A stretch of DNA of 26,295 bases from a virus: positions 1-26,295 of IMG/VR virus record IMGVR_UViG_3300001847_000838, one strand, 5' to 3'. Positions within the stretch are counted from its first letter, which is position 1, and the number at the start of each line of letters is the position of its first letter. A program made the translations under genes and the position numbers. Positions 1 through 7,770 of the stretch are shown here, piece after piece. The notes beneath the pieces are model-generated. The model saw nothing but the letters and a program-made list of their open reading frames with translations. It had not been told where the DNA came from and searched no databases.

Positions 1-360
1 TTCCGCGGCTACAGCAAGGAGCGCCACGCCAGGACTGGCGGCCTCAATGCCAAGTTCCGCGAGAAGTACAACAGAGAGCACGGATCTAAGCTAAAAGCTC
101 CTGTGACTGAAAAAAAACCCTCTGGCAAACGTGCCGCTCGGAAGAAATCTTTCTGCGCTCGTATGTCCGGTGTTCCTGGCCCTACGTCTAAAGAAGGCAA
201 GCTTACTCCTAAGGGCGCTGCGCTGAAGCGCTGGCGCTGCAGCAAGTCCGAGGATATCTTCAAAGATAAGCTAGACCTGATCAAGAAGGCCGAGGAGGTC
301 TTGGACGTTGATCTTGATGACACCTTTCTTATCAATGACGAAGCTAACAGGAAGAAGTAG
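1..360 (+). CDS. 5'-truncated phage protein with DUF6321-like domain
   Basis: Frame 1 is open from base 1 (FRGYSKERHARTGGLNAKFREKYNREHGSKLKAPVT...RKKSFCARMSGVPGP...ALKRWRC) to TAG at 358-360. The GGLNAK...LKAPV...KSFCARM...W.C pattern resembles the phage DUF6321 family. The ORF track's start at 103 is probably internal. Confidence 0.7.
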   Translation, partial: FRGYSKERHARTGGLNAKFREKYNREHGSKLKAPVTEKKPSGKRAARKKSFCARMSGVPGPTSKEGKLTPKGAALKRWRCSKSEDIFKDKLDLIKKAEEVLDVDLDDTFLINDEANRKK

Positions 361-2808
361 ATGGCGATCTTGAGCCCTCAGGAACACGAGAGCCTGATGC
401 ACGATGCCGCCCAGAAAGGTGACTGGGACGGAGCAATCGCGCATGCGAGGAGAGTTCCCAAGGCCTGGTCGCCTTTCGACAAGCTTCCGCAGTACAAGAT
501 CCCGCCCCACGCCATCGACAAGGTTCTGGACGCCTCCCCGCGGGACGACCGGGCCAACCTGCTCTTCGAGGTGGCAAGCAACCTCCATCCCGACCTTACT
601 GGCCCGCAGTTGAACAAGATCAGCGCTCTTGCTGGCGAGGATGCTTACGTAAACAAGGCTGTCAGGGAACATCCAAACTACAGCAAGGATGTCGAGGGCC
701 ACGAAGGAGAGTATGCCGCTTCCGAGTTCTGGAGATCCTATGAGAGAAGCGTGTCTCCCCACCACTTTGCCGCTATAAAGTCGATGTTGTCGGGTAAGCC
801 TGAGACTGTGTCTCACCGAGACAAAGAAGGTAGCAGCCACGGATCGAGCTACATCAGGGAAGGAAGGTTATTTGATGACAAAAAAAGTCTCATACATCTT
901 CCGGAAGATTTTTCTAAGTACAAAGCTTATGGGTACAAGACGGAAGCGGTGATACCCCACTTGCCAGCTCACGCTAGGAAGGTACAGGATCGTATCCTGA
1001 AGGATCCCGACATAGAAAAGAAGTACATAAACGGAAAGCCTCACGTGAAGGTTTATAGGGGCATTGCAGGTAGCTACGCAGACAAGGTAGCTAAGGCTGC
1101 CGGGTATGACAAGAATACGCACACCGTTAAGGATAAGGAATTGAAGATATCCGCGCTACCTTTTCATTCTTGGTCGCTTAGCCGTAACGTGGCAGAAGGA
1201 TTTGCTGATAGGGAACTTCCAGTAGAAGCTAGCGGAGAACATAAGGCTATCCTTTCTACATGGGTGCCTATAGATCACGTTTTGCACTCCGGTTTTCATA
1301 CGGTGCATCCTAGCCAGCAACACGCTCACCCCCACGAGCAAGAGCTGGTAGTGGCTCATCCGTCAGGAAGCTTTAGCGTACAAACCTCCGAAATGGAGTT
1401 TGGACATAAAGATCAACAAATCTCTAAACCAAATACGGTTAAAATAAAAAATACGTTAAACATTCCCAAAAAACTTGCCGCTTCAGAAGAAAGCAAAAAA
1501 AAGCTAACCAAACTTAAGCGTGCAGATGAAATAAATAATGTTAAATTAAAGGCTGGTATTGCACAAGAAATAAAAACAGTTGCAAGTCCAATTGCAGCAA
1601 AAAAAATAGCAATGCGTAATCTTGAAATAAACAGCAACCATTATGGTAATATACAACGTTCAGGAGTTAAAACTCCAAGTTATTTAATGAAAAATCCAAA
1701 GTTTAAACCTATATCAAAATTTATAGCTAAGGCTTATAAAGATGAAGATTTATGGCAAATTAAAGGACGTCATCAGCCAGGTTTTGCTAGGGACGTAGAC
1801 CATTCTGCTCACATAAAAGAGAACCCTGCTCCTGAAAATTATGTAAAAGCTGTGGAAGATATGTCCATCAAGATGCCAAATCTTGAGGAGGAAGGTAAGG
1901 AAGGAATATCCCCAAAGCTTGTAACCAAAGTTCCTAAGGCGTTCGACAATGAAGGAAAGCCAGCTGGAGGCTCTCATACGGTCATGATCAAGCCTTACCA
2001 CAAAGCTACCGAGCCGGGAACCGAGACCTATTCTCCGCATCCTATACATGGATGGGCAACTCTGACTACCAAAGGCCTGTTCAACGCAGCCGGTATAGGA
2101 AGCTTATCGGAGAAGGTTTCTGGGCATCACGTTCAAGGATTACCTGTTACGGTGCATCACTTTGAGGAAAACCACATGCCCCTAAAGTTTTCCAACAAAG
2201 AGATGGGGACGATCCCAGTCGATGCTAGACAGGCTCACAAAATAGCTGTTATAGATTTTTTATCTAACAATTTAGATAGGCACGCTGGTAACATGGCGTT
2301 AGAAAAAATACCTAATCAAGAAGGCTATCACAATCTGGTAGGTATTGACCACGATAGAAACTTTCAATACCAGAGAAGCCTTAACTTTATGGAGATGCCT
2401 CATTACAGAAGAAAGCTAGCCTCTCCAGAAAAACATGCAGAAGAGCATCTTTCGGATTATGAGAATCAAGGCGCAATGGTAAAACTATGGAATGCACCGT
2501 TTATAATGCACGATATAAACGATCCCGCCGTATATTCGTCTACTGCTAATTGGTGGCACGAAAATAAGGATAAGATTCAACAAGCTATGGATCATAATCT
2601 TAACCACATCAAAAATGAAGAACTAAAAAATCACATTTCAAAAAATTTTTTAGATCGTATGAACTACATGAACGAGTGGGCTAAGCAGGTAAAAGCTAAC
2701 CCTAGCGTTAAGCCTAAGGTTAAACCGGTAACCATAACGCCAGCGCCAGGACAACTTCATGCCCCTATAAGCGAACAAGAAATGGTTGCGCCAACTGATG
2801 TGGCTTGA
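361..2808 (+). CDS. Polyvalent phage protein: ADP-ribosyltransferase-like domain + degenerate DUF5661-like motif + PI3/4-kinase/HipA-like kinase domain
   Basis: 815-aa ORF. ART R-S-E motifs: VYRG (1051-1062), SWS (1168-1176), EQE (1336-1344). Kinase motifs: MIKPY (about 1984), DFLSNNLDRHAGN (about 2254-2292), GIDH (2341-2352). Confidence 0.7.
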   Translation: MAILSPQEHESLMHDAAQKGDWDGAIAHARRVPKAWSPFDKLPQYKIPPHAIDKVLDASPRDDRANLLFEVASNLHPDLTGPQLNKISALAGEDAYVNKAVREHPNYSKDVEGHEGEYAASEFWRSYERSVSPHHFAAIKSMLSGKPETVSHRDKEGSSHGSSYIREGRLFDDKKSLIHLPEDFSKYKAYGYKTEAVIPHLPAHARKVQDRILKDPDIEKKYINGKPHVKVYRGIAGSYADKVAKAAGYDKNTHTVKDKELKISALPFHSWSLSRNVAEGFADRELPVEASGEHKAILSTWVPIDHVLHSGFHTVHPSQQHAHPHEQELVVAHPSGSFSVQTSEMEFGHKDQQISKPNTVKIKNTLNIPKKLAASEESKKKLTKLKRADEINNVKLKAGIAQEIKTVASPIAAKKIAMRNLEINSNHYGNIQRSGVKTPSYLMKNPKFKPISKFIAKAYKDEDLWQIKGRHQPGFARDVDHSAHIKENPAPENYVKAVEDMSIKMPNLEEEGKEGISPKLVTKVPKAFDNEGKPAGGSHTVMIKPYHKATEPGTETYSPHPIHGWATLTTKGLFNAAGIGSLSEKVSGHHVQGLPVTVHHFEENHMPLKFSNKEMGTIPVDARQAHKIAVIDFLSNNLDRHAGNMALEKIPNQEGYHNLVGIDHDRNFQYQRSLNFMEMPHYRRKLASPEKHAEEHLSDYENQGAMVKLWNAPFIMHDINDPAVYSSTANWWHENKDKIQQAMDHNLNHIKNEELKNHISKNFLDRMNYMNEWAKQVKANPSVKPKVKPVTITPAPGQLHAPISEQEMVAPTDVA

Positions 2809-2833
2809 CAATAGGGTTGATTTATTTTAGGAT
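2805..2833 (+). promoter_or_regulatory. Sigma70-type promoter, TTGACA-N17-TAGGAT, probably giving a leaderless transcript
   Basis: Perfect -35 TTGACA at 2805-2810, 17-nt spacer, -10 TAGGAT at 2828-2833. The ATG follows 6 nt later at 2840. Confidence 0.7.
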
Positions 2834-2839
2834 GTACCT

Positions 2840-3049
2840 ATGAAGCTAGTAATGAAGAGCGCATACGGCGGAAAAACTATAGAATACCCGATAAACAATC
2901 TAGAAGATCTAGCAGAGTTTCTGCAAGAGTTTCCTTCCGCTACCCATGCAGCCGTCAGCTTAGGAAAAGGAAACCTTGAGCAGATGGCCACCCTAGCAGC
3001 TAAGTATTTGTCAAGCCATCACATGGACGTTAAGTTGGTCAAGGATTAA
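2840..3049 (+). CDS. Small hypothetical protein (69 aa)
   Basis: The ORF fills the gap after a consensus promoter and reads like a plausible globular protein. It overlaps the convergent M15 peptidase gene by 11 nt. Confidence 0.65.
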   Translation: MKLVMKSAYGGKTIEYPINNLEDLAEFLQEFPSATHAAVSLGKGNLEQMATLAAKYLSSHHMDVKLVKD

Positions 3050-3476
3050 ACCAAATTGATTTGCTTTCTTTGTAGGATCCGTAAGGAACTATCTGAAAGT
3101 GACACCAGTTGGGTGTCGCAGAAAAAGCTTCCATCCAAAGACCGATCTCCTTAAGCTTGTCCTCGTTTGCCTCGCACCACTGTTGAAGTTCCTTGCTTGG
3201 ATCATATATGTCGACGGCTTGTCCAAACAAATGCTTAGACTTCATGGGTACCTTAGATTCGTCAAATACACCATCCTCAAAAGGAGCTTTTTTCTTGCTT
3301 GCCTTATCGCGATAGATTTGCAGGTGATCTTCCATAGAGCGAAGACCGGAAGTTACCTTCATGGGTCTTCCCCAACAAGCCCTAATTTTGTTAATGCGTT
3401 CCATCAAGATCTCTAAATTTGCTCTTTGTTCAGAGGTAGCCTCATCTTTCGGGTCAAGTTCCTTCATGGATATCAT
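3039..3476 (-). CDS. Peptidase M15-family Zn peptidoglycan peptidase (candidate endolysin)
   Basis: VTSGLRS, SKHLFGQAVDI (S-x-H-x6-D) and WCHFQ are typical M15/LAS motifs. ATGA overlap with the upstream gene's stop. Confidence 0.85.
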   Translation of the reverse strand: MISMKELDPKDEATSEQRANLEILMERINKIRACWGRPMKVTSGLRSMEDHLQIYRDKASKKKAPFEDGVFDESKVPMKSKHLFGQAVDIYDPSKELQQWCEANEDKLKEIGLWMEAFSATPNWCHFQIVPYGSYKESKSIWFNP

Positions 3477-4240
3477 GATTTGCTTCCCTGACGTTCATAC
3501 TCGTTATGGTTGTGAGATATGTATGATATGATGCCGTTCTTAAATCCAAAACCGGGAGGAAGCAGCGTGAGGCTGCATCTGCAGTGCGGGTGCAAACCGC
3601 AAACCTTTGGGCTGCTCTCCCCCTTCTTATGATACGAGTATCCAAGCTCGCTCATTTTCCACACGCGCGGAGTAATGCCGTCCCTTAGCATGTGAAGACG
3701 CTTGCATTCTGAGCAGGTCACGGAGTCTTTTATTACAACAAAAAAGACGGTGGGATCTTCCTGACCAATGGATGCGCCCACCTTAGCTATTGTCATAAGC
3801 TTGCCCATGTTGCGAGCCTTTGTAGCCTCCGCCTCCGCAATCAGCTTAACGTGATCCCTAGCCTTGTTCAGTACCTCTGCTATCTTTCCTTTTATCTGCG
3901 CCTCTGAGGGAGTCTCTCCCTTAGCGCGAGCTTCGCGAACGTAGGAGTCTACCGCTTCTACGAGCTGAGTCTTGGTTTTTACCTTCAAAGATTCCATGAA
4001 ACCGTGCGCGGTAGACAGAAGACTTTTCATGGCCTCCTCCTCTTTAGGTAGAGGGCGAGTGTTTCCCATCGATTGCACGAAGAGGTGTGCCAACGTTAAG
4101 GTTGGGGAGGAGCTGAAGATGATCGTCTTCTTGTTACGAAAAGCGGGTATCGTACCAAGAAGTCGGTGAGCTATCCGATCGAACATGAGATCTACGATCC
4201 CAGATATGACGTCCTTGACAGGGTCTGAGATACCGCGCAC
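3473..4240 (-). CDS. Head morphogenesis protein, MuF/SPP1 gp7-like
   Basis: The C-terminal CSEC...LHPHCRC motif is characteristic of MuF/gp7 domains, and the gene lies two genes after the portal. GTG start at 4240 after AAGGAAG is preferred; the ORF track gives TTG at 4246. Confidence 0.75.
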   Translation of the reverse strand: MRGISDPVKDVISGIVDLMFDRIAHRLLGTIPAFRNKKTIIFSSSPTLTLAHLFVQSMGNTRPLPKEEEAMKSLLSTAHGFMESLKVKTKTQLVEAVDSYVREARAKGETPSEAQIKGKIAEVLNKARDHVKLIAEAEATKARNMGKLMTIAKVGASIGQEDPTVFFVVIKDSVTCSECKRLHMLRDGITPRVWKMSELGYSYHKKGESSPKVCGLHPHCRCSLTLLPPGFGFKNGIISYISHNHNEYERQGSKS

Positions 4241-4242
4241 GA

Positions 4243-4866
4243 TCAATCTTCCTTCTTGGTAAGGGCCTCTGTCCCCAAGGCTCTCATGATCTCGGAGCTT
4301 GCTCCGCTAGCCTCCGACTCCCACTTTGTTAGGATGTCGTTAACTATCTTCTCTTGCAAGGCTACAGAGTTCTTTCCCTGAGATCCTAGGTTGGCACCTG
4401 CGCGAGCCGGAATCTTCTTTGGTAGCAAGGAAACCTTACCAAAACTTTTTAATGATTTAGCTACCTGCACGTTGGTGCGAAAGTTCTTGATCTTCTCTAT
4501 GGACTTCTTAAGCTCTTCAAACTTCCTTAGGTCCTCAGACTTACTTACCAAGCTTTCAAGCTCAGCTATGTGCTGATCAAGCTCTTGGTCGTTGGATTCT
4601 TGAGGCTGCATCTCCGCCTCTTGCTGATCCTCGCCTTGCTGCCCTGGTTGTTCCGAAGCCCCCGCTTCTTGCGGAGAGGCTTGAGCTGCCTGCGCCTGAG
4701 CGCCCTGCATCATCTGAGCATTCTGCGCCATCTGCTGCTGCATGTCTGACACCTGAGTATCCGTAGCTCCCTTCTCGTAACCTTGGCGAAAGGCAAGATC
4801 AAGGGATGACGCAAAGCGCCTTCTGAGTTCTAAATACTTATTCTTCCAGTCGATGGTATCTCTCAT
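4243..4866 (-). CDS. Q/A-rich coiled-coil hypothetical protein (possible head-assembly or scaffold-type protein)
   Basis: 207 aa with a GAAGGT SD-like element upstream. It has a low-complexity Q/A/E linker and sits between the portal and MuF-like genes. Confidence 0.7.
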   Translation of the reverse strand: MRDTIDWKNKYLELRRRFASSLDLAFRQGYEKGATDTQVSDMQQQMAQNAQMMQGAQAQAAQASPQEAGASEQPGQQGEDQQEAEMQPQESNDQELDQHIAELESLVSKSEDLRKFEELKKSIEKIKNFRTNVQVAKSLKSFGKVSLLPKKIPARAGANLGSQGKNSVALQEKIVNDILTKWESEASGASSEIMRALGTEALTKKED

Positions 4867-4923
4867 GGTGTTACCTTCTTTTTGTTAACCAAGAAATCTT
4901 ATCGTCTTATCCTGACGTTACGA

Positions 4924-6798
4924 TTATTGCTCTTCTTCTTTTTCGCCGATATTTCCTGGCTCATCATCTTCTTCAAGATAATCTGAAACCGCCATCTTAA
5001 GAAGTTCGAAGGCATACGGGCGAGTAGCGTAGTATGCCTTTATCGCTGTAGGGTTAGCTTGCATAAGGATGTTCATGTGCTGTATCCAGAAAGGGTCTCG
5101 ATGATACCAAAGCGTCGGATCCATCTGCGCTGCTGGATCCTCCAAAAATCCTTCCCTAAGCTCTGAAACTCTTAAGACCTTATCAGCTATGACCTGCCAC
5201 CGCTCGTTAAACGGAAAGTCTCCAGCTAAAGACTTGCCAATAGGATGCTTATCAACGTCTCCCAAAACCTCGTCCATGGTCATGTGGATAGGCATGTCTT
5301 GTTGTAATCTAAGAGACTCCTGCTCTCTACTCTGAGCGTCAAGGCCTGATAACTGTATGTAGCAGATCTGAGAAAGTTCTGGGTCAATTATAGGAAACAG
5401 TTTCTCGTTGAAGAAGGATTGAAATTTAAGAATCAACGGACGAAGGCCAGTATCGCGAGCTGCCGTAAGCTTAAACTCGTTTCCACTTTCGGAAAGCGTT
5501 TGCTGGTTTGTTCCTCTAGACAAGTGTCCGTACCCAGGTAGTTCATCTGGACTCATATTGAAGGTAGACAGTATGTTTCTAGCTACCTGATCGTAGAGAA
5601 ACTGAAACTCTCCATCTCCTGCATTTGAGGTCATTGGGATCCACATCACATCATCGGTAGGATTAACTCCAAAAACCGGTGCTCGAAAAGCGTTGTTCAC
5701 ACTATTTACCGATGCTACGAAATCTTGACGAATCTTGTTCAGGGTAGCTTGGTCGATCTCTTCCGATTTTACTACCAGCATACCCTTGGCAGCTCTGCCA
5801 TTTTGAAAATACAAGCGATTATATGCGTCTATAGAAAGGTGGGTTGTAATAGAGCTAATGCAAGTATCGATTGGAGTTACAGGATAGCCCGCGTGCTCCA
5901 CATCAGTTGATGGATAGATATTGTATACAATAAGCTCTTCATGGTTGAATGCCTGCATAGGTATACCGTCAATTGCCTGAATATAAGCGTACTCATCCTC
6001 ACTTAGTTTATTGATATCTATTTTAACGCCTGTAAGTTGTTCGAGCTTTCTGGCAGATGCTTCACGTACTGCTTGCGCTCCGTATTCGCCTTTTTTTACC
6101 GTATTATAGATTGTACCTACGTCTACGGGCCTAAACGAATGAAACTTTCTATTTGGTCCATCACTATCAAAGATAATCTCGGTAGCAAACCTACCAAAAG
6201 TAAGACCGTTTCTAGCCTGCAAATCTAAAAATTCAGAAAGTGACATTCTTTCATCTTCAGATAGACCTTGAACATTTCCACAGTTTAATAGCAACTTTTC
6301 TGCAATTCCAATTCGTTCTCGAATTTTTACCATTTGTTCAGGCTTAACGTACTGCTCAAATTCGGGTTTAAGGTTGATTTCCATACCAACGTCAAATCGG
6401 TCTCGACGTTTATGACCATGCATAGCCAAAGTATTGCCGCGTGCTCTAAGTACGGAAGCTACAAGATGGTTTTGAGTACGAATAAGTTTTAAAACATGAT
6501 CTGGAAGAAGCTTTCTTTTGGTTTTAAAAAGACCAGCATAATCAGAAACTTCAATAGGATCTTCATAGAACGCAAGTTTTACGTTCTTTTTTTGTCCGGA
6601 TCCAGAATCTATCATACCTTTAATAAGAGGCGATAAAGGGCCACCAGAACGACCTGACGCATGCTCTAAACCGCTAGTTGTAAGCGCCTGCATCAATTGT
6701 TCATCTAGATTTGGAGGATTGCCAGATAAACCTTCTGACTTCTCTACCCCTTCGAACATTATGGGTTTTTTTTCGTTCTGGTCTTTTTTATCAATCAT
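4924..6798 (-). CDS. Phage portal protein
   Basis: 624 aa. Portal-like segments: LTFGRFATEI, FRPVDVGTI, GYPVTPID, YNRLYFQNGRAAKGML, DGEFQFLY...ILSTFNMSPDEL, LRPLI...FNEKL. Located between terminase and MuF-like genes. Confidence 0.85.
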   Translation of the reverse strand: MIDKKDQNEKKPIMFEGVEKSEGLSGNPPNLDEQLMQALTTSGLEHASGRSGGPLSPLIKGMIDSGSGQKKNVKLAFYEDPIEVSDYAGLFKTKRKLLPDHVLKLIRTQNHLVASVLRARGNTLAMHGHKRRDRFDVGMEINLKPEFEQYVKPEQMVKIRERIGIAEKLLLNCGNVQGLSEDERMSLSEFLDLQARNGLTFGRFATEIIFDSDGPNRKFHSFRPVDVGTIYNTVKKGEYGAQAVREASARKLEQLTGVKIDINKLSEDEYAYIQAIDGIPMQAFNHEELIVYNIYPSTDVEHAGYPVTPIDTCISSITTHLSIDAYNRLYFQNGRAAKGMLVVKSEEIDQATLNKIRQDFVASVNSVNNAFRAPVFGVNPTDDVMWIPMTSNAGDGEFQFLYDQVARNILSTFNMSPDELPGYGHLSRGTNQQTLSESGNEFKLTAARDTGLRPLILKFQSFFNEKLFPIIDPELSQICYIQLSGLDAQSREQESLRLQQDMPIHMTMDEVLGDVDKHPIGKSLAGDFPFNERWQVIADKVLRVSELREGFLEDPAAQMDPTLWYHRDPFWIQHMNILMQANPTAIKAYYATRPYAFELLKMAVSDYLEEDDEPGNIGEKEEEQ

Positions 6799-6801
6799 TA
6801 T

Positions 6802-7743
6802 TTACTCTACAGCGGCGAAGAACACATTAGTAGACTCTATTCCATTATTTTCTACGCTCATAGACCATATAATATCAGATCTTAAAAGCTGCCCTGGAAC
6901 AGCTACAGTTTCTCTTATTAAAGGAGAAAGTTTAACAGAATCTAGCCCATTAGTCAAAACCTCCAATGGTTTGCTAGTTTCTAAATAAACTATTACTTTA
7001 GCTGCGCTATATATAGCAATTTCATTTGTAGTTACAGTCTCTAAAGGAAGAGATTTAGAAGAAAAGAATTCAATCAAGTTATCCTGTACAGCGGTTACTT
7101 CATACGCTGCCTGTGAAGCTATACTAAAACCCCCAAAGATTCTTAAGGTATCTCCTACTTGAACACCAGAAGCTGAATAGATTCTAATTTGGTTGACAAA
7201 ATCTGCGCCTAAAATTACAGGACTTTCGGTTACTCCAGAAGGATTTTCTACAGTAAAGCTTGTAGCTGTAATAGCTATTACCTTAAATCTACCGCGATTA
7301 CCGGCAGCAAACTGAGATCCTATAAGAACCTCATCTCCCACAATAACGCCTCCTGCAATCAGACTTAAAAGGGTGCCACCCGTGCTAGCGAATGTCAAAA
7401 TACTGTTGTTTGACGTTACCGTTACCTGCGTGGTAGCGTCAGACCCAACTGTCCGTGCTATGCGGAACTGGGGAGCCGTACCTCCTACATGCTTCAGCAC
7501 ATATGTACTACCACTTTTTAATAAAAGTTGGTACTGCGTAGTGCCATCTTGAAGCAGGGAACGGGTTCCGTCAAACAGTATTCGACTTTCTCCGGGGGCA
7601 AGAGTAAAAGAAAGGCTTATTGGACGATCTGTAGCAAGGCCAGAAAGTTGGCGAAACCATCTAAAATTATTAAGTGATGGATTATTTGAGGATGCCTCGT
7701 CCTCGTAGCAATTAAGATAGATGTTCATGTTAAGCTTGGCCAT
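6802..7743 (-). CDS. Beta-rich hypothetical protein with internal duplication (probable virion structural protein)
   Basis: 313 aa, rich in S/T/G/V, with SD GAGG upstream. Two GV.VGD..I...F repeats. Lies in the head module. Confidence 0.7.
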   Translation of the reverse strand: MAKLNMNIYLNCYEDEASSNNPSLNNFRWFRQLSGLATDRPISLSFTLAPGESRILFDGTRSLLQDGTTQYQLLLKSGSTYVLKHVGGTAPQFRIARTVGSDATTQVTVTSNNSILTFASTGGTLLSLIAGGVIVGDEVLIGSQFAAGNRGRFKVIAITATSFTVENPSGVTESPVILGADFVNQIRIYSASGVQVGDTLRIFGGFSIASQAAYEVTAVQDNLIEFFSSKSLPLETVTTNEIAIYSAAKVIVYLETSKPLEVLTNGLDSVKLSPLIRETVAVPGQLLRSDIIWSMSVENNGIESTNVFFAAVE

Positions 7744-7770
7744 CGTTATACCTCATGTTAAAGATTATCG

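Noticed and set aside
9-840. Minus-strand ORFs 9-335, 271-840, 344-577 and 378-617
   Set aside because: Antisense shadows of GC-rich plus-strand genes that carry recognisable motifs.
3279-3293. AAAAG-GAG-CTTTT hairpin with T-run as a terminator
   Set aside because: Weak AT-rich stem inside the peptidase CDS.
4894-4912. Short direct repeat TCTTATC x2 in the portal-downstream gap
   Set aside because: Only two 7-mers; not distinguishable from chance and not CRISPR-like.
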